DNA of 64,000 nucleotides from Octopus vulgaris (GCA_951406725.2 OX597820.1:76632001-76696000); one strand, 5' to 3'; positions 13,623 to 27,257 are shown, counted from the first letter of the stretch. Notes: generated by a model from the sequence alone, not told the origin. A program made the numbers and translations.

Positions 13623-14132
13623 AATACATATAAGTGTGCATGCAAATGTGTATTTATATATGTATCTTTATATGTATTTCTGTGGGTGTTTAACTGTTTT
13701 TTGTGTGTGCATGTGTGTATTTGAATATTATTATAATTTTGCTTGATTTTTTTCGTCAGTTATTGTTTCGCTGGCTGTTTTCTTGATGAGTAATGGGTTT
13801 TTTTTTAAAAAATCTAAATTGAAATATTTTCCAATGTGTTTTATAAGATGCAATTTTGTGCTTTACATCTCCGAAATATTTGAGAAAGCGCTGATGACAA
13901 TTATTCCACTCTTAAACGAAATCCATATTCCTCTTTAAATATTCAGCATCTAACTGTAACTTATAGAATATGAATTTCGTATTGAAATAGCAATTATTGT
14001 ATATTATTTCAAGGATATATTATGTTTTATTTCTAACAAATCTAGAAACATTGGTAGGGTTCTGAATAGATTGCAACGAGAAGAATGTTCATGCATAAAT
14101 GCATACATACACAATTTACATACTATTCGTTT

Positions 14133-14285
14133 GTAACACCCCGGATCTGACGTGGCTTGGAGTCACACAAAGTCCGGTGGAAGTGCAGGAAGAGAGGCGT
14201 CAACTCCTACCCCAATAATGTGATCTTGCCAGCCCAGCATCAGGTTTGGCGGGAACAAATAAAGTACCTTTAGAACGTACCTTGT
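14133..14285 (+). mobile_element. Possible short LTR-like fragment
   Basis: Begins TGTAACAC, is GC-richer than the flanks and has AATAAA near the end; no partner LTR. Confidence 0.2.
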
Positions 14286-14304
14286 ATGTGTGTATATATA
14301 TATA

Positions 14305-15213
14305 TTTTTTTTTTCCTCTAGTTTCAGCTCAGAGCTGTGGCCATGCTGATGCACCGCCGTTTTGCTACACTCTTATTACTAAGAGCCTCCTCTAATATGT
14401 GGCACTTCGTGAAGCATGGAGTTTGATATAGCTACCCTCATTTGCACCTCTTGCCATGAGGTAGGTTCATCTGGGACTCTCGACAGGAAGAGGTCCAGCT
14501 TTGATTTAAAAAACCCTACATCTACTTTGTGCAAGTTCCTCAGACTCTTTGGGAGGATATAAAAAAGCTTCGGGCACTTCAAACCCAGGCTGTTGCAGAA
14601 GCTAGTCCTGAAGCGTGATGGCATTGCTGGGATGTTTGGCACTAGCAGTGTCGTCCCGTTCTGGCATTGGTGTAGCTTTCAATGCCAAAATTTGGCACAA
14701 TTCCTTCCAGAATCTTCCAGATATATATTACTGCATACCTCTCCCATCTTCTCTCCAGGGAGTAGAGTCTTAACTGTTTCAACATTTCCTAGTAGCCGAG
14801 CTGTTGCAAAGAGGTTATCTTCTTTGTGAATCTTCTCTGGATTGCTTCAAGGTCCGCTGTTAATTTCACACTGGTTGGTGACCATAGCTCTGAGCAGTAA
14901 TCCAGGAGGCCAAGGACAAATGGTCCTTAGAGGACCATCATGGTTTCCTTATCTCTGGTTCTGAATGTTCTTAGGATCCATCCAGCCAGTCGTCTGGACT
15001 TTGTCGCCATCCTGGTAATGTGCACTTGGAAAGACATCACTTATGTCGATACCCAGGTCCCTCACTGACTTAGGCTCTGGGATTGAAATTCCCTGTTGGT
15101 CGGTGTACCCTGTAAGTTTCATATTCAGTTTGGATGCTAGTAGCGCAGGGCTTGGAACTTTCCAGTATTAAACTGCATATTATTATTCTGAGCCCATCTG
15201 TAAATTGAGTCCA
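14305..15213 (-). mobile_element. 5'-truncated CR1/L2-group LINE (C-terminal RT region and 3' UTR)
   Basis: Closely matches the reverse complement of ~50815-51720; peptide FYILPKSLRNLHKVDVGFFKSKLDLFLSRVPDEP; frameshifted. Confidence 0.92.
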
Positions 15214-15455
15214 ATATATATATTACAAGAGTGACAAAGAGAGACAGAGACATACTGAAAAGGGAAAATGTCTCTTGCAAGTGAGTACTATGGAAATATT
15301 TTAAAAAACATTTCATTTAATTTTATCCAAAATTTAATTATTTTTCATACTTTACTACTCTAAGTTGAAAAAGCCACAAAGTCTGAATCCAGTATTAAAA
15401 TGTTCTTCATGATAAAATAATTTAGCATTTTCCACCTTGTCTAATTTCCCTTATT

Positions 15456-15490
<35 letters not shown>

Positions 15491-15990
15491 ACGAACGTTG
15501 CTATACACGATATAAAACTAGAAACGAAAAATTAAGTTGTCACTATTTGTGACTAACGGTGCAGGGTATATATACATATGCACACATACATGCATACACA
15601 CACTCATACACACGCACAACATACGTATATCACTCACATGCGCACTACATATCTCTGTGTGTCTTTGCTCCTTTCTTCCCGATATCGCTTGAAAATCAAT
15701 GTTGTTCTGCTCATGTCTCCGCAATCTAGGGGTTTCTTTTAAAAAAACTGATAGAATATGTACTACGCTTAAAAATCTAAGTGTTGCGGTTTGATTTATT
15801 TGACTAAATGCTTTCAAGGCGGCCCCACATCATAGCCTCAGTCTAATGACTAAAACAGCTTAAAGATTAAAGATATTATGAAGGTATACACGATTACTTC
15901 ATTTGAAAGTTTGTCGTATCCGGGGAAGTCATTATGCCAGTAAGAACACACACGCAGTTCATATTTCACATCTTTAATTTTATTTGTCAG

Positions 15991-16080
15991 TTAACAGCCA
16001 AACTTGATGCAGTAGAAGAGGGTGTCATTTACGAGCTCCTGAACGACGTTGAAGGGACTTTGACAAACCTAGCTGACTGA
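15991..16080 (+). CDS. Candidate terminal coding exon (LTAKLDAVEEGVIYELLNDVEGTLTNLAD*)
   Basis: tttaattttatttgtcag acceptor, protein-like composition, TGA stop, AATAAA at 16097-16102; no recognised homology. Confidence 0.3.
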   Translation, partial: LTAKLDAVEEGVIYELLNDVEGTLTNLAD

Positions 16081-16729
16081 TCGAATGTGTGTAACCAATA
16101 AATAGATAAAGAAGCAAAATAGAAAGATGAATTTGTACCGGTGTGTATGTGTTTATCATTAGTGGCTCCCGAGATGCAAATAGAATATGTTCCATCACAT
16201 GAACTCGCATCAAGAATCTTGTAAACTAATTACAAAAACATAAATAAAAAGGTTTTTTGAAGTACTTTGTTGCCAAAGACTTTTGCCTTGACCCACATCC
16301 ATATGTTCCTTTGAAAATGTAAAACTTTTCTCAAAACCCTACTAAAAAATTACTGTTGCGTTTGAAAGACTATTGGTTAGATTCCTGATTTCTTCATCAA
16401 ATTTTGTCTAAAATTATATATTGCTATCAGTCTCAATATTTGTTCTCAGTAACAGTATTCTGCCGAAAGTTTTGTCCTTTATCCTTCCAGGCGGTCACCT
16501 GCTCCAGTCGTTGGACTGCAGTCATGCTTCAACACCGCCTTAATAAATTTGTTCGACCAAATCGATTCCACTGATTAATTTTAAAAGTTTTAAAGTCTAT
16601 CGACATATTTTGGTACAATGCTGAGTTACAGGGACGTACACAAACTAATGCCGGTTGTTAAATGGATAGAAGAGAAATATAGATATGCAAAATCCTGCAA
16701 ACACACACACACATACACGAATTTTGTCT

Positions 16730-17275
16730 TCCAGATTGGGAAGATGTTTTAGAGTTTAGTTGCTTGGACATGTAATTATATCGAGGCAGTAAGAAAGAAA
16801 ATTCAAAGATAATCCTTGCACGATTTGCGAAAAGATGCGAAGATACAGAACGTGAAGATATGAAATAAGTTTCTTCGTTCTAACAAGAGGCACAAATCTA
16901 AATAATCGCATTAGATATGCTGATTATGAAATTATAAACCAAATTTCTATGTGCAAAGACCTCGTCTACTTCATCAAGAATAAATACCCAATAATGTAGC
17001 AGCTTAGATTTCAACGTTCTGCAACTATTCGACATTCTACTAAATATATTCAGAGATTTGCGAGGTGCAGATGTGGTAGTTTACAAAGAGTATCTGGACA
17101 AATATTTATGTAAAATTCCAGGTGAACCCACATTGCTGTAGAAGGCGAAAAGAAGAACAGCTCCCTCTAACTCGCTACTTCACCAGAAACAACACATAAA
17201 AGAAACTCAAACACACTAGAAGGCGGTGGTCCAGCCTGACATCAGCTTCTGGCGGAAACGGGTTTAAGATAAAGA
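16730..17275 (+). mobile_element. Old CR1/L2-group LINE 3' fragment
   Basis: LFDILLNIFRDLRGADVVVYKEYLDKYLCKIPGEP..SNSLLHQ aligns with the LINE C-terminus; ggcggtggtccagc tail. Confidence 0.75.
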
Positions 17276-17444
17276 AAAAAACATATTTCTCTGCTTTTCT
17301 TTAGCTTCGCTATAGTCTTTATCTATGTCTGGTTTTACCTGTTTCGTAATTGTAGTCTATAGACAAAAAGCAAATATTTTCTCCCCCCTCATTTATATCG
17401 GAACCTTTGAACTCTACTCAAAAGTTAATGCCTCTTTTAACCTT

Positions 17445-17795
17445 TACTTTACTTCCTCGTTTCAGTCATTAAACTGTGGCCTTGATGGGGCACTGCTTTA
17501 AAGATAAATTTTAGTGAAATGAAACGACTCTAGTGATTTTTTAAAACCTTTTACTTTATTGGAATCTATTGCCGAACCGGTAACTCCAGGGAACGCAAAA
17601 AAAAAAAACAGCACTAATGGTCAGGTGGTCGTAGGGACAAACATAGGCACAATTACATACTCAGGCACAACAAATGCACACACACAAGGCCTTCGTTAGC
17701 CCTAGGTTATGAAACACTCGAGGAGGGTACCACGCAATGAGTCTAAAAACGAAACCATACAGCTAGGAAGCACACTTCTTACCATACAGCTTGCA
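17445..17795 (-). mobile_element. Decayed CORE-like SINE
   Basis: tttcagtcattaaactgtggcc tail; gccgaacc..gggacaaac body. Confidence 0.7.
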
Positions 17796-18439
17796 CCTTC
17801 GTTGAGTATATACAAAAGGCGATTTATGAGACATATGTACATTCAAATGTGGAGTGACACTCCATCAAATTGAGTTTTCATCGTGGATATCTTTGCCATT
17901 ATCGAACCCGAGCAGCTAATAAGTAACCACATTATCTCATCTATCTGACGTAGACATCTATCAGTTTATTTAACTTAAAAGTCTCTCATAAAATATCAGG
18001 AAAATAAAGTAACAAAAATTTCGCTTTTAATAATAAAATGATAAGAGAAAAATAACTATTATCTTTTCAGCATGAATAGACAAAATTTAATGATCCGTTT
18101 TTACATAATTGAAATGAACACTTTTAAAATAAAAGACGACAGAAACGGAAATTTGTCAATTTTAGATAAAAAAAAAATGAAAAGCAACTGATTACGTAAG
18201 CTATTTCTAAACTAAAGATTTAAATATCGGTGGAAATGAATGTATTTATATACGAGTTCAGGTGTTTGATAGTTGGATAAATGAATTCTTAACCCGCTGA
18301 CTTTAATTTATCTAAGAACAACCTACACACAATTCACGTATTTGCAAACATATATATATTGATATTATATGCATACATAGATACATAGATACATACATAG
18401 GCACACACACACATATATATGTCTATACTTATTTATGTA

Positions 18440-19170
18440 TTTATTTTTGCTGTGGCTATACTGGGTGAGACAGCGCCAGAAGTGCTTCTGTGATATTTTA
18501 GGCTCACTTCCCGGCTTGTCGGCTTGTCTTTGGAGTCAGTACTGAAGAAATAGTGAGTTCGGCTGAGGTATCCTTCTTTGTGTTCCTTGATGTGATGTGA
18601 CTTATTCTGTTACATCAGCAACAAATTTGTCTCCCTATTCTCTGAACATATTCACAACTGCACCTGATAGATCTCTAAGACCTTTTAGCAAGATATTGAA
18701 AAATCACGGACCTGAGAAAGCTATGCATTCTCACCTTCAGCAGAGAAGGCAGGATATTTGTCACTACGCAATAGTGTCCACTCCGGGAACTGGTATAGGT
18801 TTCGGTCCCAAAATTGATTGCTGGACCATTCGGGATATTATATGTTGTATATTCGTTAGACGTATGGCTACTACTGTTGAGTTTAAAACTCCAGGTAGAG
18901 TAGCATCATGTTGTCTGCTTTTTTCCCTGTAATTAGAACTATTACTAGTTGTTATATGTAGAACTAATGTAGGAGAAAGTATGATAAGCACAAGCTTATA
19001 TCGTGTGTTCCCACGTAAATTTCAGTATTGTGCTTATTTGCAAGTCAGCATAGGATGTTCCAAGTACAATTAGATGATGAACAATGACGAATAATCTGGG
19101 GAAATTTCTACTGGATAATACCGCAGAGAACTAAAATGTGGACCAGTATTTTGTAACCACGCACTTAGGG
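18440..19170 (-). mobile_element. Very old CR1/L2-group LINE 3' fragment
   Basis: Minus-strand NFGTETYTSSRSGHYCVV and RDLSGAVVNMFRE..NSLFLQ align with NFGIESYTNAGTGRHCMV and RDLHKVDVGFFK..NSILHQ; ccagtatagccacagc tail. Confidence 0.7.
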
Positions 19171-19274
19171 AACAAATAAAGTTAACTTGTGTTTATAATT
19201 TCCCGTACGTACAGATGTATGTGTGTGCGCTCTTTTTATCCATCTATCTATCTATCAATCTCTTTACACACACT

Positions 19275-19337
<63 letters not shown>

Positions 19338-19373
19338 AAATTTAAATGTATTTTCTATTTCTATTTACACACA

Positions 19374-19442
<69 letters not shown>

Positions 19443-21029
19443 GTAAATGTAAATGTATTTTCTATTTCTATTTCTATGTCTTGTTATATTTGTAATATAT
19501 TAGGTATAATATCATTGCTGTTGTGTAATGGTTTAATAAAGTATTGATTGGGTATTATCTGATGGTTGATGATTGATTTAGGTATGTTTCTCCATTTTCT
19601 CATTTTGTATATATATATATATACGTATATGCGAAATCATTTGCATTTTAAGTCGAAGCTATTTAGATTATTTCAAAGTTTCATAAATGATTTTTCTGCA
19701 AGAATGAAGACACAGTCTTGACCTCTTTTGATCAATAGAAGAGTTAAGTTAAACATACAAAAGAAAAATGAATTCACAAATTTTAGTTTCTAAATAGATT
19801 AAAGACTTTGCGTGCTGATGATTCTATTATGTTTGGCTTCTTTGGTATCGTAAACTTATATTATTTTCATATTATGTATTGATCTACAATGAAAATAGTA
19901 CTTCATTGTAGTCATGATAAAGCTGATGTGAATCAAGTGTTTAGATTTGATATTTTATCAACATTAAAAGATTGTAATACAAATATCATTTATTCGTGAA
20001 ATGATTTTGGAACCAAAAGCGATAAACTTAATACTGTGTTTAAGTAACTCTTACATAATTTCTTCCAGCGAGGTCATTTTTCAAGAACAGTTGCCTGAAA
20101 GAACGTCATTTAAAGGACTCTGTAATGGAAATGTCAAGAAGAAGCTAATAAAATCGTTCACACATCTGGCAATATGATTAGCACCTTTTCTTCCGGATCT
20201 CTAGCTGTGAGTTCAAATCTCGCCACCTTCAACTTTGCTTTGTATCGATTCGGGGTGGATAAGATTAGTGCCAGTTCAGTACTGCGGTTTTGTATAATCG
20301 GCTTATGCCTTTGCCTCAAAACAACTGTCCTTGAACACCGCAACGGATCGGTATCAGTTTCATAGCATATGTTATCATTGCTGTCGTTTATACGCGATAG
20401 TAACCGATAAACAGTCTTATCAGTCACAATGCTCAACAAAAAATGAAGAAAAGTGGGAAATTTATGGCAATTTTATTCCTCTTAAATTAAGATAATTAAG
20501 TACCCATTTTGACAAAATGATTGCAAAATCAATCCTGTTGAATTCCTATTCAAACGAATAAAAGGTGTCATACCCAATGTTGTTTTTGCTTTGTCATAAC
20601 TCAATCCTCGTTGCAAAGATATGCAATGACAGATATTTTACGCGTAAATATCCTGTTCTCTAGAATTTCTAGTACATTTTCGAATGCTTTTGTTTTCCTT
20701 AGGTGTGATTTGAAAGAAATTTGTGTGACTCATTATTTTTAGCAGGCCAATTTATCACGCAGAATGTTTCTTGTTTAAGGGCATTGGTAAGGTGACAAGC
20801 ATAACTTCCTTCTCATTACATAATCGTATGCAGGGCCGCACTGCGGCGTGAAGACATGGTTGTATTGATTTTAAATTAGAAGCTAATTACAAGAATGCCA
20901 TTAAAAGAATTACGATAACTATCTAAGAATCAAACGCTTCGATTAGATCAAACGAATTTTACAGCCCCAAATTAAACTCTGTATGATATGTACCAAAAGT
21001 TATTTAAATTAATATTCAACTCAAGGACC

Positions 21030-21690
21030 CAATACATTCATCTAGTTTTTAGTGTGCAATATTACGGCCATTTTAAAATTAAGTCTAACGAAAAAAATCT
21101 TTGTCGGCATTTCATTATTTCAGTCACGTTTAAGTGAAGGAAATAAAATAAAATCTACTTAGGCTTAAAAATGTTCTTCAATTTAACTGGATTAAGCTAA
21201 CGCAAAATCTAAAAGATGATAATAGACTACCGAATAGGTTTAACTAATCACAAATAATCAGTATGCTGTGTGTCCAGCACTATACGCCCACACGCGCCCA
21301 CATAAACACATGACAGAAGTAACTAAACACCCCATAAATCATCGTTTGTTTTATGTTTGTTCTAGCTTGTAAATGTTTATATTCTTTACTAATTGACATT
21401 TCTATGTTTCAGGCTCTATATGTAACTGTTTAATTATGCCAGGTACAAAAGAAGCCTTGGAACTCTCTGAGTTTCAAATACGCCGTATTGTGGTTCATTC
21501 TGAAGGTGGGCATAGTCAATGTATAATCGCAGAAAACCTTGGGATCCCGCTTTTTACAGTTAATAGAGTTATTGTACAATTCAGCAGACAGGAGAATGTG
21601 TCCACATCATCTTGCCCAGATCAACCAAAGCCCTCTGACAGGACCCTTCTTTTTAAGAGAACTGTGGCGGATAAACCTCATTGCGGATAA
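21030..21690 (+). mobile_element. Tc1-like DNA transposon 5' remnant (HTH region at 21436-21690)
   Basis: ELSEFQIRRIV..GHSQCIIAENLGIPLFTVNRVIVQF is a paired-like HTH typical of Tc1 transposases; 5' boundary approximate. Confidence 0.75.
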
Positions 21691-22099
21691 TCATCTTTGT
21701 GGATAATCCTCGTGTGTATGTCAGCATGTGTATTCATACATATGCACATACACATATGCACAAATACATGCATACACACATTCGTCATACTCGTATATAC
21801 CACATTAAATAAATGACTATGTTCGACTTTTACCTCGTTTTAGAATTTTCGTATTTTCTTCTACTCACTTTACATCTGGTTTGGAACAGTAGCATTTTTA
21901 AATCCTTATCTGAAGTGTCCCTACGTCCACAGTCACTTGGTGAAGAAAGGAATTGAACATATCAGCTGTTCAATTTCTTTTTCGACGACTGAGTTTATCT
22001 AAAGTTTACCGGCAAAGATTTTTGTGATCGTTAAAGTCTCAGCATCACGTGTTGATATCTTTTCAGCGAGGTCAAAGTTTGAATACTACGTTTTATATA

Positions 22100-22450
22100 A
22101 TTTCATGTCTCTTTCAACTTGTTAGAGTTTTTGTGTTTTTGCGTGTTATTACTGCAATTTTACTGTGATATGAATATGTTTTCCATAATTTATTTTTGTT
22201 TGGCAAGCATTTTCATATAGTATTTTTCTATAGCATTCTACTATCTAATTTCGTTGTGGTATATGGTATAAAAATGTAGAAGAGATCCCATGTTGCAAAT
22301 GCATAGTGAGCCTATGTGAGATTTTTGTATTGGTCTGTCCAATGTAACAGTAAGTGTCTTAAAGATTCAGCTTCAGTTTAACAGTTAAATTTATAGATAT
22401 CAATGGTTATCTGCAGTCTGTTCAATGGACCAAACAGAACATCCGCATCA
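22100..22450 (-). mobile_element. Penelope-like element GIY-YIG endonuclease remnant
   Basis: Minus strand IYKFNC (22381-22398) then YIGQTNTKISHRLTMHLQHG (~22287-22346); frameshifted. Confidence 0.75.
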
Positions 22451-22564
22451 GAAACATAAGGTCCTAAATAAATAAACCTACGCATTCAATCGCTAAACAA
22501 ATCGACAGATTTGTTGAAGATACACACCAGATAACTACAGCGCAAACTCAGCTGAGCAATTTCT

Positions 22565-22900
22565 GGCTGTGTGGTAAAATGATTGCTTCTAAAACATGTT
22601 GTTCCTTGTTCAGAAACATTTCGTTTGTACCTTGTACTACAGCATTGGGCCGACAATAGCTTTTAGAGTGCATTTACTTGACGGAAATTGAAAGAAGCTA
22701 TTTAGATCATGTGTATGTGTGTGGCTTTATTTCTATTTTTCTCCACCACCACTGGTTGATAACGCGTGTTGGCGTACCTACGGTCCTGTAACTTAGTGAT
22801 TCGGTAAAAAAGAAACCGATAGAACAAGTGCCATACTCAAAAATGTACTGAGGCGGGTGAATTTGACTAAAGATTTTTCAAGTCGATTGAAACTATTAAA
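22565..22900 (+). mobile_element. Decayed CORE-like SINE
   Basis: tggctgtgtggtaa head; gtaacttagtgattcggtaaaa body. Confidence 0.7.
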
Positions 22901-23515
22901 AAAGAGATGCACTAGATTCCATATCTATATTCGATCTAGAAAGTGTGTTCACCGACTTCCAGAGAGAGAGAGAGAGAGAATTGATAGAAATCATAATAGC
23001 TAACACATATAAATCCCAAACAATAAAACCATCTCAGATGCAATAATACTTATAGAAACAAAATCACAACAAATGATATGCTGAACGGAAACAGTGTAGT
23101 GCGGCATATTGTTTACTTTTTTCAGATCAATTTCTACAGTGATTAACTTTGCCTTTCATCTTTCTAGTTTCAATAAAACAAGGGTCAGTAAAATGTTGCA
23201 ATCAATTATACTCTTCCACAAAATATGTGGCTACGTGCCAATGTTAAAAATAAATGTTATTTACTATTCTAAGAAATCGTTTGAACAAATTAGAAAGATC
23301 CTACTTTTGTAAATATGGGTAGGATAATTTTTGCAGTTTAATACAGCACCATAATATTTAAAAATAATCGGTCCAATTTACAATATTCTTGTCTAATTTT
23401 TATTATTTTTGAATGTTGTTAGCTTTCACAACCATGTACAGTTTGTCAGCTGCTCAATTTAAAATCTCACCATAATTGTGGTTTTTTAAAAATTTTAAAA
23501 AATTATTCTTTACAA

Positions 23516-23790
23516 TTATTCATCATTATCAATCATAATAATCATCATCACCACCACCACCACCATCTTTGCCATCATCAACATCATCATCACTATCGTC
23601 ATCTTCATCAACATCATCACCACCACCACCACCACTATCATCATCATTATCAACATAATTATCAGCATCAACACCATCATCATCATCATCACCACCACCA
23701 ACACCACCACCACCACCAGCATTGTGATCGTCATCGCATAAATCATCATCATCATCATCGTCATAGCTGTCGTCGTCGTCGTTCTCGTTG
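23516..23790. repeat. (CAT)/(CAC) triplet repeat tract
   Basis: Direct reading. Confidence 0.9.
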
Positions 23791-23814
23791 ATGTTCTTGT
23801 TGCTGGAGTGTTAT

Positions 23815-24055
23815 TATTGCACATTTCATTTCTCACAGCATTCGATTTGACTTCCTCCAGTAAATTCTGTAAGAAAGTGCAGCAACCTGTTGTCAGCATT
23901 TTTACAGGGTCTCTTTCCGTGATACTCAACATCCAACCATCAATTTCAATTCCTATTTCACCCACAGATTTCCCAAACCTTGTTATTAATGCTCCCAAGA
24001 GCGTTGCAACTACTGAGATCATCTTGTAGTAACTTTTCTACTTTATTTTTCCAGT
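23815..24055 (-). mobile_element. Old R4/Dong-like non-LTR 3' fragment
   Basis: ISVVATLLGALITRFGKSVGEIGIEI resembles the IPVVVGALG..IGI C-terminus of RLE-type elements. Confidence 0.6.
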
Positions 24056-24077
24056 CATTATTATTATTATAATTATA

Positions 24078-24127
<50 letters not shown>

Positions 24128-24144
24128 CATCATCATCATCATCA

Positions 24145-24178
<34 letters not shown>

Positions 24179-24180
24179 CA

Positions 24181-24230
<50 letters not shown>

Positions 24231-24231
24231 T
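24056..24231. repeat. (ATT)n/(ATC)n microsatellite
   Basis: Direct reading. Confidence 0.95.
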
Positions 24232-25978
24232 AATTCTTTCAGTATTTTTCTATTTTTTGCCGAGTGTTTCCCGACTACCTAGAGCGAAACTCTAGTATAC
24301 ATTGTGCCATTGGGTCAATAGTTCGCTTTTTTTTGTTGTGATAAAATACATGATGCAGTTAGTTGTATCGAAATGTTCTTCGTAGGATGTGTGATGTACC
24401 AGTTAGACAATTTTTGCACTTCTTATATGGATGGTAAGTCCTGGTGTCATTCTGTTATGTATTTGTCTGAATTTTTTTGATCATTCCTAATGCACCTACT
24501 ATGATAGGAATTGGAACTGTTTTCGAGATTCCACATTTTCTCAATTTCAATGAGTAGGTCTTTATATTTTCTGAGCTTGTCAAACTCTTTCGCTGAGATA
24601 TTATGATCACAGGGGATGCTCATGTCGATCAATAAGCAAACTTTATTGTTTTGGTCTTTCACAACAATATCTGGTTTATTGGCCTTGATGGTTCGGTCTG
24701 TATGTACTGGAAAGTCCCACAGAATGGTTACATTTTCTCCTTCAGTTACAGCCTCAGGGTGGTGATTATACCATTTGTCGGCAGTTTTGATATTGTAATG
24801 GCGACTTATTAGCCAGTGGAGATATTGGCCAACTCTGTCATGTCTTAATTTATACTCCACTGGTGCTAAGACCTTACATCCAGAGATTAGGTGGTCCACT
24901 GTTTCAATCATGTCGTTGCAGAATCGGCATTTTGGGTCTGCTCCATTTTTCATCACATTGGCCTGGTAGTTCCGGGTTAATAGGCTTTGATCTTGAGCAG
25001 CCAGGATGAAACCTTCGCTCTCTGCTTTTAGCCCTGAGCTCCGTAGCCACTGATGGGTTTGCTTCTGGTCAACATCAGCTTGTTTGCTGCGGGTCACATA
25101 TTTGCCGTGCAGAGGTTTCTCCTCCCACCTATCAGCCAATTGCTCGTGCGCTTTCTTCATTGCCATCATTTTCACCTTCTTTGCAACAATAGTTGCCGTA
25201 CTTCCCTCGGGTTGTTCAGTTTGGGTATCCTGCATGAGATCAATAGCAAATTTTTTGCCTTCCTTTATGATAGAATGAAGCTTCTTTCGTATCTCGTGAT
25301 TTTCCACGAGCTTTAGCATCTAGTCATTCGATATTTCGAGATATTTGGCCAGTCCAATTGTGGTTGTTTTGTAAGCTAGTTAAAATTGGATCAGGCCTCG
25401 ACCTCCTTGGGCTCTGGGAAGGTAAAGGCGATCTACGTCTGCCTTTGGGTGGTGCCTCCTATTACAACTCAGCAGCAACTCTCCTATCTCTTATGAATGT
25501 GTCAACATCTAACACGACTGAATTTGTGGTCTTCACTTTCCCTTTCTGGAAAGTGGCCTTGGCACACTTCTCAAGTCCAAACTCCATCCCGATGTCATCG
25601 CTGAATGCTTTCACGGTGCGCAATAGGCCTTCAAGTTCATTATTGTCTTTGCCATAAAGTTTTAAGTCATCCATATAAAATAGATGGCTTATTTTTTTTA
25701 TTGGCAATTTTATACCCATACCCTGTTCTGTTTAATTCACTTGTAAGGGGTATTAGGGCTATGCAGAATATTAAAGGTGAGAGTGAGTCACCTTGAAAAA
25801 TTCCACAGTTGATGTTTATGTTTTCTGAGGCATGTACTCCATTAGAGTGGTATAATTGGAGATTCGTATTCCACAACGACATATTGTGCTTCAGGAAGTT
25901 TGAAATCACAGGGGAAATTTTGAAATCGTTCTTCTCCATGAATGCATATGTTTTCTCCGCCAGGATAGATGTTAGGAT
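24232..25978 (-). mobile_element. R4/Dong-clade non-LTR retrotransposon, 5'-truncated with internal deletions
   Basis: RT motifs GIFQGDSLSP and HLFYMDDLKLY; HHPKADVDRLY..GGRGL; CCHC finger CRFC..H..C; RHD and KPDIVV restriction-like endonuclease; (TAA)n tail. Confidence 0.93.
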
Positions 25979-25989
25979 TATTATTATTA

Positions 25990-26020
<31 letters not shown>

Positions 26021-26043
26021 CATTATTATTATTATTATTATTA

Positions 26044-26124
<81 letters not shown>
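25979..26124. repeat. (ATT)n microsatellite
   Basis: Direct reading. Confidence 0.95.
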
Positions 26125-26126
<2 letters not shown>

Positions 26127-26550
26127 GAAACAATGCTCAGGTTTGATCTTATTGCTGGTAGGATTTTTGTTGGCAACAGGTTACCACCTATAACCTTAGG
26201 CATCCATGATTGTTTGGCAGCCTTTCAAGTGCTTACAACCCTCCTGATAATCCTTGCTGTCCCTAAGAGTCAAACTTTCTGTAGGAGCTCTACCGGGCAT
26301 TCTATTTCAATCTCATTCAGCCAATTGCCTCTATCTTGTCTTACTGTTCCCAGTTAATACGCACCAATTAATATTGTCATAACCTTGTTTGCATGCTCCA
26401 AATTATTACGAGTTTAAATTTTAATGGGAATTTTTTTCGTTCTCTGTCCTTATGGTCCTGGAATAAAACACTAATAAGTAAGCAACTTATCTATCAATGT
26501 AACATCTAGTCTATTATTTTCCAACTTCTTGTCCGTTCGAATAGGAAGTT
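26125..26550 (-). mobile_element. Third R4/Dong-like 3' fragment, different subfamily
   Basis: NNRLDVTLIDK and IECPVELLQKV*LLGTARIIRRV; ends in (TAA)n. Confidence 0.8.
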
Positions 26551-26944
26551 TAGTTGTTGTTGTTGCTAATGTTGTTGTTGGTCACCGTAACTAAACAGTG
26601 CTCGGTAGTTTATTCTTTTCTTTTTTTTTAGTTGACCAGAAAAATAAGTGATCGAGTAACCATTTTCGTTACTCATCCAACCGAACATCTTCGGTAACAT
26701 TGAGAAAATAATCCAAAATGATCAAGAGACAGGCTGAGAAGACAGTGGATGGACAATATCAAGAGTTGTTTCGACAAGTGTATCAAGGCTGCTGATACAC
26801 GATGATACACGATGACGACGACGGCGGTGAAGAGTCAAATAATTGAATAAATGCGTAATTAAACGATTCCAGATTACTTGTAATTAATGGCTAAAAGGAT
26901 CTGTGAAGTATTCAAATAATTCCTTTCATAATTTGAAGTCAAAA

Positions 26945-27257
26945 CTTGCTTGTTGCTTCTCGAGCCACTCCTGGCTCATAGGGCTGGTTTCCCGATTTCC
27001 GGTTTCCTTGCCGTATAGGTTTCCCCACCAAGACGAGACGCCGGTCTGTCGCTGGTGAGTTGCTAGATGCAGGAGGAAAGAGTGAGACAAAGTTGTGGCG
27101 AAAGAGTCAGCAGAAGTTTGCCATTACCTTCTGCCGGAGCCGCGTGCAGCTTAGTTGTTTCGCTCATAAACACAAACATCGCCCTGTCTGAGATTCGAAC
27201 CCACAATCCCTCGACCGCCAGTCCGCTGCTCTAACCACTAGGCCATGCGCCTCCACA
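26945..27257 (-). mobile_element. tRNA-Arg-like headed SINE (octopus OR-type)
   Basis: Minus-strand head ggcgcatggcctagtggttagagc..gggttcgaatc contains A and B boxes. Confidence 0.85.

Noticed and set aside
18597-18991. ORFs or an exon with good splice sites
   Set aside because: Explained as an old CR1/L2-group LINE fragment
21946-21982. Terminator-like hairpin with T run (similar small palindromes near 19885 and 46535)
   Set aside because: Short AT-rich palindromes are expected by chance and intrinsic terminators are not relevant here
24447-25319. 290-aa ORF as a host gene
   Set aside because: It is the C-terminal part of an R4/Dong retrotransposon with a disrupted RT
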